DNA of 64,000 nt, from assembly GCA_040830765.1 (NCBI GenBank), contig JBFOMH010000020.1:1-64000 (forward strand), read 5' to 3'. Positions 39,322 through 49,432 of the stretch are shown one piece after another. The stretch is from Puniceicoccaceae bacterium (GTDB lineage: Bacteria > Verrucomicrobiota > Verrucomicrobiia > Opitutales > Oceanipulchritudinaceae). Within the stretch, counting starts at the first letter, position 1, and every line of letters begins with the position of its first letter. The notes beneath the pieces were generated by a model, which was not told the origin of the DNA, ran no database searches, and saw nothing but the letters and a program-made list of their open reading frames with translations. Both the position numbers and the translations under genes were made by a program.

Positions 39322-39554
39322 CGGCTGGTGCGATTTCCGGGGCGTCGGGTTGCCCGCCATGCGTCGCGGTGTTGACGGATCCAGTCCAACAATGCCCGTT
39401 CAAATCCGATGTCTTTTCCGGCCTTTTCAGACTCCAACCACTTATGGCGGAGTATTTCCTCCCGTTCAGCAAGAAACTCCCGGTACAGGCTGGAGCGCTC
39501 AAGGACGGGGCGTTCCTTGCCGGCAGGGGCTGGATTTTCGTCGGGGGACTTCAT
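39309..39554 (-). CDS. Small conserved protein (DUF4032-like)
   Basis: SLYREFLAEREEILRHKWLESEKAGKDIGFERALLDW. Confidence 0.75.
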   Translation of the reverse strand: MKSPDENPAPAGKERPVLERSSLYREFLAEREEILRHKWLESEKAGKDIGFERALLDWIRQHRDAWRATRRPGNRTSRQKS

Positions 39555-39663
39555 GGTGGAGTTTACTCTCGATGAATTGAGAGGCATTTAAAATTAGGCA
39601 AGGTGATACTTAACGGACGATCCAGCTATGCCAATCTTTTTTATGCGCTTTGATGCGACTGAT

Positions 39664-40719
39664 TTACAGTCCTTCCAGAACCTTCCGGGCAATTTCGCGA
39701 TAAATGAGGGAAGGCTTGCTATCTGGGTAGCCGATGGTGATGGGGATGCCCCGGTCGCATCCCTCTCGAATTTCCCCGTCGAGGGGGATTTCCCCGAGGA
39801 GTGGGGCTTCCAAGGCATCGGCTGTCCATTGTCCACCGCCTTTGCCAAAGATATGGTTTCTGATGCCATCAGGCCCTTCCAGATAGCTCATATTCTCACA
39901 GACCCCAATTATGGGCACGTTCACCTTGTCAAACATCCGTGCTCCTCTGGCGGCCACATTGACAGCCGCCGCCTGAGGCGTGGTGACTACAACCGCGCCA
40001 TCCACGGGAAGCGTTTGGACAAGGGAAAGCTGTGCGTCACCAGTACCGGGGGGAAGGTCGACGACCAGCACGTCCAGTTCCCCCCAGCTGACATGCTGGG
40101 CGAATTGTGAGATGGCGTTGTTAATCATGGGGCCTCGCCAGATAACCGGGGAATCCTCGTCAACAAGGAGGGCCATCGACATGACCTTGATTCCGTAATT
40201 GGAAGGCGGCACGATTTTCTCGTTCTCGATTTCCGGCCGTGCATTGATGCCCATCATCAGGGGGATTGAGGGACCATAGATGTCGCAGTCGAAGATCCCA
40301 ACACCTTTGAATTCCTTTTCCTCCCTCAAAATGCGTTCAATGGCACAAGCGAGATTCACCGAGACGGTGGACTTGCCGACGCCGCCCTTGCCGCTGGCTA
40401 CGGCGATGATCTTTTTTACCCCGGGGATGCCCTGCGGTTGCCGGGCTGCTGCTGTACCGGGCGTACCGGACTTCGGCTTTTGCACAGCAATCTCGACCGT
40501 AACCGGCCCGACACCTTCCACAGCCCTGACGGCTTCCTCGGAAGCGGTTTTAATTTTCAAAGGCACAGTTTCATCCCCTGTCGTCACATTGATTCGGATG
40601 GAAACGGCATTACCGTCCACGGAGATTTCTTCAACCAGCCCGAAGGAGACGATATCCCGGCTAAAACCGGGATATTTGACCGCCTTGAGGGCGCTGCGGA
40701 TTGTTTCTTTGTCGATCAT
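39664..40719 (-). CDS. mrp: Mrp/ApbC/NBP35 ATPase with N-terminal DUF59-like domain
   Basis: VKYPGFSRDIVSFG, GKGGVGKST, DIYGPS, WRGPM, DLPPGTGD, VTTPQ, ENMS. Confidence 0.93.
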   Translation of the reverse strand: MIDKETIRSALKAVKYPGFSRDIVSFGLVEEISVDGNAVSIRINVTTGDETVPLKIKTASEEAVRAVEGVGPVTVEIAVQKPKSGTPGTAAARQPQGIPGVKKIIAVASGKGGVGKSTVSVNLACAIERILREEKEFKGVGIFDCDIYGPSIPLMMGINARPEIENEKIVPPSNYGIKVMSMALLVDEDSPVIWRGPMINNAISQFAQHVSWGELDVLVVDLPPGTGDAQLSLVQTLPVDGAVVVTTPQAAAVNVAARGARMFDKVNVPIIGVCENMSYLEGPDGIRNHIFGKGGGQWTADALEAPLLGEIPLDGEIREGCDRGIPITIGYPDSKPSLIYREIARKVLEGL

Positions 40720-40829
40720 AGTTCTCGAGGGAAGGGAAAACTTCTTGAAGTCTTCAGGAAAGCATATTCCGTCAACATGGCAATTGATGGCGGCAAGTTC
40801 TGCGCCATTTCTTACATGCATATTTCGTT

Positions 40830-42032
40830 ATGATTTCCAGAAGAATCCTCTTACTTCTCAGCCTGTGGCCGATAATTTGTGCTCCTTTCGTCCTTGGACA
40901 GGATGCCATCGAGCTTGGGGACGTCGTTGGCTCTGCCTCGGTCCGGACCCGGACAATTGAAGTCTACGGGGAACCGGCCACACTGGGCGACCAGGCGGCT
41001 CGCCTGTTTGCGTTGCATGGCGGCTATGAGCGGGTGGGGGACCGTGCCGACTTTACCTTTCGATTCATTGCTTCCGGGGCCAACGGCGTGAACCTGAAAA
41101 TCGGATCCCGGGGCAAGAGCCTCTGGGAGGGAAGCTTCCAGGGTACGACGCAGAGGGAAGCCCTGTTCGCCGCGGCGGACGCAGCGGTCACAAAAACGCT
41201 TGGCACGCCCGGCTTTTTCCAGAGCACACTGGCCTTTATCTCCGACCGGACAGGCAATGCTGAAGTCTACAAGTCGGATATCCTGTTCCAGGCTGTCCGC
41301 CAACTGACCCGTGATCGATCCCAATGCCTGTCCCCGAATCTCTCTCCTGACGGACAAATCCTCCTCTACACCAGCTATCACGGAACCGGATTTCCTGACA
41401 TCTACCGGATCGACCTCGGTACCGGAAAGCGCTCCCTGTTCGCCGGTTTCAAGGGTACCAACACCGGGGCAACCTTTTCACCGAGTGGACGGTCCGTGGC
41501 CATGATTCTCAGTGGTTCGGGCAATTCGGAGGTTTATTTGAGCAATGCCGAGGGGCACCAGCTGCGGCGCCTGACCCGGTCACCAAGCCTGGAAGCGGAT
41601 CCCACCTGGTCCCCTGACGGGAGACGGCTGGCTTTTACCTCCGACCAAATGGGTGGCCCTCAAATTTTCTCAATGGACGTGCAGGGGCGTTCACTCAGCC
41701 GCGTCCGCACGGATATCAGCCGCAATTGTTCGGAACCGTCCTGGAACCCAAGGGATCCCTCCCAGATTGCTTTCACAGCGGCCATTGCCGGTGAATTCGA
41801 GGTTGCGGTTTATTCCTTCAAGGAAGGCCGTAGCCGGATTGTTTCCAAGGGAGCCGGCGATGCGGTCCATCCGGCCTGGCTCAATGATGGCCGTCACCTA
41901 ATATACACCGAACGGACCTCGCGTTATTCCCGGCTGATGATCCTCGACACGGTAACCGGCAAGCGCAATCGCCTCAGCCCTGTTGAACTCAACAACGCCC
42001 GCGAAGCTTCGCCGATTTATCAGGCGCGTTGA
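40830..42032 (+). CDS. tolB: TolB-like beta-propeller periplasmic protein
   Basis: Signal peptide, AFISDRTG, repeated SPDG/PD40 motifs. Confidence 0.82.
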   Translation: MISRRILLLLSLWPIICAPFVLGQDAIELGDVVGSASVRTRTIEVYGEPATLGDQAARLFALHGGYERVGDRADFTFRFIASGANGVNLKIGSRGKSLWEGSFQGTTQREALFAAADAAVTKTLGTPGFFQSTLAFISDRTGNAEVYKSDILFQAVRQLTRDRSQCLSPNLSPDGQILLYTSYHGTGFPDIYRIDLGTGKRSLFAGFKGTNTGATFSPSGRSVAMILSGSGNSEVYLSNAEGHQLRRLTRSPSLEADPTWSPDGRRLAFTSDQMGGPQIFSMDVQGRSLSRVRTDISRNCSEPSWNPRDPSQIAFTAAIAGEFEVAVYSFKEGRSRIVSKGAGDAVHPAWLNDGRHLIYTERTSRYSRLMILDTVTGKRNRLSPVELNNAREASPIYQAR

Positions 42033-42578
42033 TCAGGCGCAGATCGAACGACTTATTTCACGGGCCTTGTCTTCCCCGCACAGGGCTTCCACAAGGGCCA
42101 AGGCAAAGGCCGTGGCGGTGCCCGCTCCCTGCGAGGTTATGATGTTGCCGTCGCGGACGACTTCCTCATCCGGTCGCCTGTCCGGCAATTGCTCGCTGGT
42201 GCCGGGGTAAGAGGTATAAGCCTTTCCCTCGAGGACGCCCGCTTGGTCAAGGACGACCGGGCCCGCACAGATGGATCCAATCAACCGGCCCGCCTGGTCC
42301 TGTTGCTGCAGCATCTGCAAGATGCGGGAGTCTGCAGCCATGGTGGCGTGGCCTGGGCCTCCCGGTATGACCAGAAGGTCATAGTCATGCCCAAAGCAGG
42401 CATCGAGGAGGGTATCAGCGACCAAGTGGATGCCATTCCGGCCTTCCACCTGCAGGGCTTGTGTCGCGGATGCCACGGTTGTTTGCACCGAAGCCCGCCG
42501 AAGGCAGTCAATCGGGGCGACAGCTTCCAGTTCCTCGACCCCGTCGGTGAGGATCACTAGGGCGGTTGGTTCGGACAT
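42033..42578 (-). CDS. DJ-1/YajL/ThiJ-family protein
   Basis: GVEELEA, IPGG, ICAGP nucleophile Cys, ITSQGAGTA. Confidence 0.92.
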   Translation of the reverse strand: MSEPTALVILTDGVEELEAVAPIDCLRRASVQTTVASATQALQVEGRNGIHLVADTLLDACFGHDYDLLVIPGGPGHATMAADSRILQMLQQQDQAGRLIGSICAGPVVLDQAGVLEGKAYTSYPGTSEQLPDRRPDEEVVRDGNIITSQGAGTATAFALALVEALCGEDKAREISRSICA

Positions 42579-42598
42579 GGTATTCTTTATGCTTGGGA

Positions 42599-43384
42599 TT
42601 AAATGGATTTGATGAACCGAGTTACACTGCTGTAGTAGGAATCTCGATACGCCTCGATGAGGTTGTTATGGGTTCCCCCGTCCAGCCAGGTGAAGGACTT
42701 CTGGCCGGGAGCGGCTTCATAGAGAGCCTTGCCATGGGAAAAGGGGATGACCCTGTCCTCGGTGCCGTGGATGACCAGGACCGGGCACTGGACTTTGCGG
42801 ATCCGGGCCAGATTGTCGAACATGTCCCATGGAAGGATGTTCTTCCCAAGGCCGACCCGAAAGATGCTGGTAAAGGTGCCTTCGAGGATGATGCCGGCAC
42901 ACGGCTGCTCGGCTGCCATCGCAAGGGCCGGGCCGCCCCCAAGCGAGCGCCCGTAGTGAATAATCCGGTCCGGTTGGTAGCCAAAGGAGGAGGGAATCTC
43001 TGCCAGGATTTTCCGGGCCACCGTATTGACCAGTTTTTCACTGGGCTTGCCATCGCTGGTACCGTAACCCGGATAATCCCAACCGAGGACGGCGCATCCG
43101 GCTTCCCGGAGGGCCTGCATCCGGAATATGGCGGAGTGAAGATCCTCCCCGTTGCCATGGTGATAAAAGATGAGGTGCCGGCTACCCGGGTTATCGAGAA
43201 AGACCATGGCCACACTCTTCCCGTCATCGTAGGGAAAACGGATGATGTCTTTGGAATCGGAATAGCCGGGTGGCGGGGCGGGAAAGACCAGCTTGTTGGC
43301 AAAAAGGAAGGCATAGGCCATCAGGCCGGCATAGACGATTACCGGCAGGAGCAGAAGCAGCTTGATGAATCCTATACTTGGCAT
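42599..43384 (-). CDS. Alpha/beta hydrolase (ABHD17-like)
   Basis: HGNGED, DYPGYG, GRSLG nucleophile, HGTED, HN. Confidence 0.9.
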   Translation of the reverse strand: MPSIGFIKLLLLLPVIVYAGLMAYAFLFANKLVFPAPPPGYSDSKDIIRFPYDDGKSVAMVFLDNPGSRHLIFYHHGNGEDLHSAIFRMQALREAGCAVLGWDYPGYGTSDGKPSEKLVNTVARKILAEIPSSFGYQPDRIIHYGRSLGGGPALAMAAEQPCAGIILEGTFTSIFRVGLGKNILPWDMFDNLARIRKVQCPVLVIHGTEDRVIPFSHGKALYEAAPGQKSFTWLDGGTHNNLIEAYRDSYYSSVTRFIKSI

Positions 43385-43496
43385 GGATCGGAGGTCCAAA
43401 CTTCAGGAAAGGCCTGCCAACCGGGACTGCCAATCCTTAATTTCCGGCAGTTTGTGCAGTTGACTTCAATTCCCCCAGCTTCTCTCATCGGCATCC

Positions 43497-44945
43497 ATGG
43501 AAGTTATCCGCCTATTCGATACCCTTAGCCGTGAGGTGCGTGAGTTGCCTGCCGGTCCGAATGGCCGGTTCCGACTGTACGTCTGTGGACCGACGGTCTA
43601 CGGCCCGGCGCACATCGGGAACTTCCTGACGTTCATCCGTTTTGACGTCTTGTTCCGCCTGCTCCAATTGGCGGGATACGAGCCGCTCTATGTGCGAAAT
43701 ATCACGGATGTGGATGACAAGACGATTCGCGGGGCGATGGAGGCAGGGGTACCCCTTGAGACGGTAACGACCAAATGGACGGAACGGTTCCATGCCGACT
43801 GCGAGGAACTGAACCTGCTTCCACCCGATGTTGAGCCGCGGGCCACGGAGCACATCGCCGAACAGATAGAGATGGTCCAGTCACTGGTCGATTCGGGCCA
43901 TGCCTATGTGGGGGGTGACGGTTCTGTTTACTACAAGGTTTCCTCCTTTGGGGAATACGGAAAGTTATCCCATTTTGATCCCGAGGCCCTGCGCCAGCAA
44001 TCAACCACCAGTGGCGGCGCGGTTAATTTGTCCGACGAGTATGAACGGGACTCCGTGGCCGACTTTGCCCTCTGGAAAAGTCACAAGGAAGCGGATGGAT
44101 CGGTTTACTGGGACAGTCCCTGGGGCAAGGGCCGCCCGGGCTGGCACCTGGAGTGTTCAGCGATGAGCCTGAAGTACCTCGGGAACGGATTTGAACTCCA
44201 TGGGGGCGGTGAGGATTTGTGCTTTCCCCATCATGAAAACGAGATCGCCCAGAGTGAAGCGGTGACCGGCGAACCCTTTGCCACTCACTGGATGCACAGT
44301 GTGCACCTGCTGGTCGAGGGTAAGAAGATGTCCAAGAGCCTCGGCAATTTCTTTGTCCTCCAGGACCTGGTCGACAAAGGGTTTCATCCCGCCGAAGTGC
44401 GCCTGGCCATGCTCGGTGGCCATTACCGGCAACAGCTGAACTTTACCTTTGGCGGTCTGGAAGCCGCCCGCAGCGGGATGAACAAGCTGGAATCCGGGAT
44501 CGGGAACTTGCTCGAAACAGCAGGATTGGCAAAGCAAGACTGGGGGAAATTTGTTCGTCCGGATCTTCCCTCCGAATGGGGTCCTTTCAAGAATGCCTGG
44601 GAAGCCTTTCGCAACGACATGAATACACCCGCGGCTCTGGGGGCCTTTTATAATGGTCTCAAGAAGGCGCGGGCGGTCGCCGGGGATTCGCAGGCTGCCG
44701 TGGCCCTCCTGCAGGCAGCGGGCGCACTGGCCTATGCCCTTGGTTTGCAGCTTTTTGCCCGACCCTCAGGCGATCCTTCCGGGGTTGAGGTGCCGGCAGA
44801 GATAGAGGAGTTGGCCCGGAACCGCTGGGAAGCGAAAAAGGAGAAGGACTTCGCCAGGGCTGACCAACTGCGTGACGAGCTGGCGGCAAAAGGATGGCTT
44901 GTCGTGGATACGCCCGAAGGCTACACTTTGAATTCCAAACCCTGA
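43497..44945 (+). CDS. cysS: Cysteine--tRNA ligase
   Basis: [41 protein letters not shown]. Confidence 0.97.
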   Translation: MEVIRLFDTLSREVRELPAGPNGRFRLYVCGPTVYGPAHIGNFLTFIRFDVLFRLLQLAGYEPLYVRNITDVDDKTIRGAMEAGVPLETVTTKWTERFHADCEELNLLPPDVEPRATEHIAEQIEMVQSLVDSGHAYVGGDGSVYYKVSSFGEYGKLSHFDPEALRQQSTTSGGAVNLSDEYERDSVADFALWKSHKEADGSVYWDSPWGKGRPGWHLECSAMSLKYLGNGFELHGGGEDLCFPHHENEIAQSEAVTGEPFATHWMHSVHLLVEGKKMSKSLGNFFVLQDLVDKGFHPAEVRLAMLGGHYRQQLNFTFGGLEAARSGMNKLESGIGNLLETAGLAKQDWGKFVRPDLPSEWGPFKNAWEAFRNDMNTPAALGAFYNGLKKARAVAGDSQAAVALLQAAGALAYALGLQLFARPSGDPSGVEVPAEIEELARNRWEAKKEKDFARADQLRDELAAKGWLVVDTPEGYTLNSKP

Positions 44946-44953
44946 AAATTGTC

Positions 44954-45958
44954 ATGTTAGAAGCTGGAGAACCCCGCCCCCGCCGTTTGCGCAAGAGTGA
45001 TGCCGTCCGGAAACTTGTCCGGGAGAACGCCGTCCAGGTAACAGACCTGATTCAACCCCTCTTTGTCATCGAAGGGGAAGGTTCGACCGAACCGATTGGC
45101 AGCATGCCCGGCCAGTACCGGCTAACGATAGACGAATTGTGCCGGGAATGCCGTGAGCTGGCGGACCTTGGAATCCAGGCCGTGGCCTTGTTTCCTTCCC
45201 TTGATGCTTCCTTGAAATCCGAAGATGGTTCGGAGTCCTGCAATCCTGACACCCTGATCCTGAGGGCCATCCGTGCTGTGAAAGAGGCCGTGCCGGATCT
45301 GCAGGTCCTCGCCGATATTGCCCTGGATCCGTACACCACCCACGGGCACGACGGCGTCTTGAATGCGGACGGCACGGATGTCGACAATGACAGCACCCTT
45401 TCCATCCTGGCCCGGATGGCCGTCCTCAATGCCGAGGCCGGAGCGGATTTCGTTGCTCCTTCAGACATGATGGATGGCCGGATTGGCACTATCCGGGAAG
45501 CCCTGGATGAGGCAGGATTGATCAATTGTGGCATCGTGGCCTACTCCGCCAAATACAACAGCGCCTATTACGGCCCCTTCCGGGATGCGGTCGGCAGCTC
45601 AGCCGCTGCCGGGACAAAACTCCTCAGCAAGGCGACATACCAGCTGGACCCTGCCAATTCCGAGCAAGCTGAGAGGGAATTGATGCTCGATGAGCTGGAA
45701 GGAGCCGACATCCTCATGGTCAAGCCAGCCGGACCTTATCTGGATATCATCCGTCTGGCCCGTGAGGGGACCACCCTTCCAGTGGCTGCCTACCAAGTCA
45801 GCGGTGAATACGCCCAAATCCATGCGGCTGCCCAGATGGGCTGGCTGGATCTGGAGCGTTGCCGGGAAGAGAGCCTGTTAGCGATCAAGCGTGCCGGAGC
45901 CAGTCTCATCCTGACCTATTTTGCCAAGGAGTGGGCTGCCGCGCAAAAAGAGGCCTGA
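44954..45958 (+). CDS. hemB: Porphobilinogen synthase (Asp-rich, non-Zn type)
   Basis: DIALDPYTTHGHDG, APSDMMDGR, YYGPFRDA, MVKP, AYQVSGEY. Start taken at ATG 44954. Confidence 0.96.
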   Translation: MLEAGEPRPRRLRKSDAVRKLVRENAVQVTDLIQPLFVIEGEGSTEPIGSMPGQYRLTIDELCRECRELADLGIQAVALFPSLDASLKSEDGSESCNPDTLILRAIRAVKEAVPDLQVLADIALDPYTTHGHDGVLNADGTDVDNDSTLSILARMAVLNAEAGADFVAPSDMMDGRIGTIREALDEAGLINCGIVAYSAKYNSAYYGPFRDAVGSSAAAGTKLLSKATYQLDPANSEQAERELMLDELEGADILMVKPAGPYLDIIRLAREGTTLPVAAYQVSGEYAQIHAAAQMGWLDLERCREESLLAIKRAGASLILTYFAKEWAAAQKEA

Positions 45959-45996
45959 GGGGCACAGTTGACTGTTTTGAGCAAGAATGAGGGAAG

Positions 45997-46695
45997 TTAC
46001 TTCTCTTCCTCTTCTTCCTCGTCTTCGTCCTCTTCCTCTTCGTCCTCGTCCCAACGCATGGTTTCGTCTTCTTCCAGCTTCTCGGATTCATCCTCCTCGA
46101 AGTCAGGAATCTCGTCGATGTCCTCCTCGTCGCGCTTGGCCGGTTCGTCATCGTCGAGCTCGTAACCTTGGGGAACATACTCAAGGATGGAAATCACCTC
46201 CTGAAACGGGTGGACGGCCTTGCCCTCCATGTAGTCCTGGTTTTGCCGTTCCCGAATCTCTTCCTCGAGCTCATCGACGGTCAAGTTCTGGTCGAACTCG
46301 ATCAGGTCATTGAGCATCTTGACCCGGAAGCGGGTAATATTGTCGAGCAGGTCCGCGTAGGGCCCTTTTTCCTCGTCGATAATGTCGGGCAGGGCAAAGT
46401 GAGTGTTGTCGTCTTCAAGGAGGGAATCCCGGGTGCTGCTGAGCTTGACCTGCTCCTTCTTCTCCTCGGAGACAATCTTCATGCAGCAGAAGGCATCATC
46501 GATGATGTCAGCATCAAACCCATATTCCCGCAGCGCGTCACACTGTTCGAGGATGTAGCTCATTTGGCGGGGATCGATGATCCCGAGGCCATCGACATCC
46601 CAGTGAATGGGATCGGAAACCTCGGTAACCCACCAGTTCATGTCCTCGCCAATCCGGACAAGGCACCATTCCAAGTTGTTCTTGTTTTTAACCAT
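45997..46695 (-). CDS. Hypothetical acidic protein
   Basis: 232-aa ORF with typical codon usage, an upstream TTGACA on the minus strand, and a D/E-rich C-terminus; no family recognised. Confidence 0.8.
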   Translation of the reverse strand: MVKNKNNLEWCLVRIGEDMNWWVTEVSDPIHWDVDGLGIIDPRQMSYILEQCDALREYGFDADIIDDAFCCMKIVSEEKKEQVKLSSTRDSLLEDDNTHFALPDIIDEEKGPYADLLDNITRFRVKMLNDLIEFDQNLTVDELEEEIRERQNQDYMEGKAVHPFQEVISILEYVPQGYELDDDEPAKRDEEDIDEIPDFEEDESEKLEEDETMRWDEDEEEEDEDEEEEEEK

Positions 46696-46815
46696 TCGAG
46701 TAGCTGGGCGTTATTAGAGAGAAATTCGGGTGAAAATTGATTTCACTACAGAAAGGCGATGGATGATTGGGGCATCTTGTCAATCCCCATATGGCAATGA
46801 GGAAAGCGCTACCGT

Positions 46816-47880
46816 TCAGACCCAGGAACTTTGGCGCGGTGCCAGGGCCTTGGCCAGGGTCTTTGCGATGAAGGGTCCCCGGTAAACCATCCCGGTGTAG
46901 ATTTGCACCAGAGCGGCCCCGTTGTCGACCATGGCACCAGCCGTTTCCGGACTGTCGATGCCTCCGACCCCAATAATCGGCAGCTTGCCCGAGGTACGGC
47001 GGCTGATGTAATTCACTACCTCCAGCGACCGATGGTGCAGGGGGGCACCGCTGAGACCGCCCGGCTCACGGACATTGGCAAACTGTCCTGGCCGGTTGAT
47101 GGTCGTATTGGTGGCGATGATGCCATCCAGTTGCCACTTCTCGAGGCAGGCAAGAACTTCATCAATCTCCCGGAAAGTCAGGTCTGGAGCTATTTTCAGG
47201 AGCATGGGGGTCGGCTTGATGCCGAGCTTCTTGGCCCGTCCGCGGTTGGTGTTGGAAAGCTCGCCCAGGAGTGTATCGAGGTAGGCTTCCTTTTGCAGTT
47301 CCCTTAAATCCTGGGTATTCGGACTGCTGACGTTAATGGAAATATAATCCGCGTAATCAACGAGGAGGCCAAAGGAGGAAAGATAATCCGGGATCGCCTG
47401 GTCCAGGGGGACAACTTTGCTTTTCCCGATATTGATCCCGAGGGGGATGCGGGAACTTTTTTTGCCGAGGATGCCCTTCAATCGCTTGGCCACTGCTTCT
47501 GCGCCGTCGTTGTTGAAGCCCATCCGGTTGATGATGGCATTGTCTTCCGGATACCGAAAAACACGCGGGCGCTCGTTCCCCGGTTGCTGCAGATGGGTGA
47601 TGGTCCCGATTTCCGCATGACCGAACCCAAGCGCTGGAGCAGCCCGGAAGAACCGGCCGTTCTTGTCCATCCCCGCTGCCAGGCCAACGGCATTGGGAAA
47701 TTCGAGGCCAAACGCCTCGACCGGCTTGTCGGACCTGATCAGGTTGAACTTTTCCATCCACCGGCAGAGTGGAGTGACTCTGCCCAGGTAGTCCATGGCG
47801 GTAACGCCGAGGTCGTGAGCCTTTTCCGGGTCGGTCCGGAAGAGAACCGGCCGGATGACTTTTTCGTAGTAAAAGCCCAT
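46816..47880 (-). CDS. pyrD: Quinone-dependent dihydroorotate dehydrogenase (class 2)
   Basis: GLAAGMDK, INRMGFNN, INIGK, NVSSPNT, KIAPD, TNTT, GGLSG. Confidence 0.96.
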   Translation of the reverse strand: MGFYYEKVIRPVLFRTDPEKAHDLGVTAMDYLGRVTPLCRWMEKFNLIRSDKPVEAFGLEFPNAVGLAAGMDKNGRFFRAAPALGFGHAEIGTITHLQQPGNERPRVFRYPEDNAIINRMGFNNDGAEAVAKRLKGILGKKSSRIPLGINIGKSKVVPLDQAIPDYLSSFGLLVDYADYISINVSSPNTQDLRELQKEAYLDTLLGELSNTNRGRAKKLGIKPTPMLLKIAPDLTFREIDEVLACLEKWQLDGIIATNTTINRPGQFANVREPGGLSGAPLHHRSLEVVNYISRRTSGKLPIIGVGGIDSPETAGAMVDNGAALVQIYTGMVYRGPFIAKTLAKALAPRQSSWV

Positions 47881-47893
47881 GGTCAGTTGCCTC

Positions 47894-48268
47894 CTACTTT
47901 TCCCATTGAAGGGCACCCTTCTTCATCTCATAGACCAGCCCGGCGACGAGCAAAAGGATGAAGAAAAGAACCGGTGTCAGAATGGGCAGGTTCTGAGCCA
48001 GGAAATCCCGGTAGACGAGGACCCAGGGAATGAGGAACACAATCTCGATATCGAAGAGGATAAAGAGCATGGCCGTCACGTAGAACTTGACGCTGAAGCG
48101 TGCGGCGGAAGGGCCTTCAGGCTTGAGACCGCACTCGTAGGCGGAATCCTTGAAGCGATTACTCGGACCACGCTGTCCAAACAGGTGGCTGAAGATGAGG
48201 ACCGCGGCACCAATGGAGAGGGCCAGGCCGATTTGAATGAGGACCGGGAGATAATCCGACAGTTCCAT
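47894..48268 (-). CDS. nuoA: NADH-quinone oxidoreductase subunit A
   Basis: YECG, FSVKFY..MLFILFDIEIVFL.PW, YE.KKGALQW. Confidence 0.94.
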   Translation of the reverse strand: MELSDYLPVLIQIGLALSIGAAVLIFSHLFGQRGPSNRFKDSAYECGLKPEGPSAARFSVKFYVTAMLFILFDIEIVFLIPWVLVYRDFLAQNLPILTPVLFFILLLVAGLVYEMKKGALQWEK

Positions 48269-48312
48269 GATGTCTGACAGAAAACCCTCCAATTGCTTAT
48301 CCGCAAGGTAAT

Positions 48313-49383
48313 TCAATCACCAGCAGTGCCGGGTACCTCAATGAAGCGGGTTTCGGAAGGAATTCCACGCCCCAGTCCCAGTTGCATTGAATAAAGGACA
48401 AACTCTGGAACCTCTGGCAATCGCCGAAAACCTCTTGAATCCCGGGCCCGGTTGATCAGCTTGACCAAATTGGCATCGAGAATGACCGGGTCCACCGACA
48501 TCCACAATTCCGGTTGGCTGCTGGTGTAGTTGGCATTATACGCTGGGCCGGCAATGAACTGATATTGCTCAAGACTGACGAGGTTCAAGGCCCATGCTGA
48601 ATTCAACTCGGGAATGGCCGCGACCTCAGCTACCGCTACAGGAGCATTGGCCGGGCTGCTGAAAAAGCGGGTGGCGTTAGTGATGTTCCACAGGCTGGCA
48701 TTGACGAGGGCCCCGCTCATGCCGGTCGACGGGTGATGGCTGACAACCGGCATGTTAATCCAGAAATCAACCTGCCCGAGCAAGAGTGCAGGGAGAAAGC
48801 TCTTCCGCGCCTTGACTGGGTCAGGCTCAATCAATGGCCGGAGCATCTCCCGGCCCAGGGGACTGGTGTATTCCCTCGGCAAGGGGCTTTCGTAAAACCA
48901 GGTCGGTGATTGCAGCGCTCCCTCATCCAGGCCATAGACGCGGACACCCTTGAAATAGGGCCCAAGACTGCGAGCCTGGCTGAGGGGTGGCAGGAATCCA
49001 GCTTCCCTCAAAAGCCTTTCCTCTGCGTCAACCAGGCAAATGTTTTCCCTCTGGAATCCCCGGTCAACGAGGGCATCGACCACGGCCAGAACCATGCTTT
49101 CCGGCGTGTGCAGGCCGGCTCCTGAGTTGGTGTAGATTTTCAGGGCCACGCGACCATGTTCAGCCGGGACCAACTCCTTGCCTGTCTTGGATTCAAACTC
49201 GGCCAGCAGTGTTTCGATGGCTTGCTGGTAATTGCTGGCGGAGAAGTCCTTCATCGGGGTACGCCAAATTACCCCATGCCAGGCCTTCTTGGCTTCGTTC
49301 TCGAAATCCCAGAAGATTCCCTCCGCTGCATCAGCGAGGAAAGGAAGCAAAGTCGTTGCTATTAGGCACCAAAGGGCTTTCAT
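48313..49383 (-). CDS. Secreted DUF362-like protein
   Basis: Signal peptide; VALK..T....TP..V.AV, INMPV.SHH..GMSGALVN and DPV.LD resemble DUF362 motifs. Confidence 0.6.
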   Translation of the reverse strand: MKALWCLIATTLLPFLADAAEGIFWDFENEAKKAWHGVIWRTPMKDFSASNYQQAIETLLAEFESKTGKELVPAEHGRVALKIYTNSGAGLHTPESMVLAVVDALVDRGFQRENICLVDAEERLLREAGFLPPLSQARSLGPYFKGVRVYGLDEGALQSPTWFYESPLPREYTSPLGREMLRPLIEPDPVKARKSFLPALLLGQVDFWINMPVVSHHPSTGMSGALVNASLWNITNATRFFSSPANAPVAVAEVAAIPELNSAWALNLVSLEQYQFIAGPAYNANYTSSQPELWMSVDPVILDANLVKLINRARDSRGFRRLPEVPEFVLYSMQLGLGRGIPSETRFIEVPGTAGD

Positions 49384-49432
49384 TTCTACTTATTGGGTCT
49401 AAATCGGGATAATTGTCCAATACGAAACAAGA

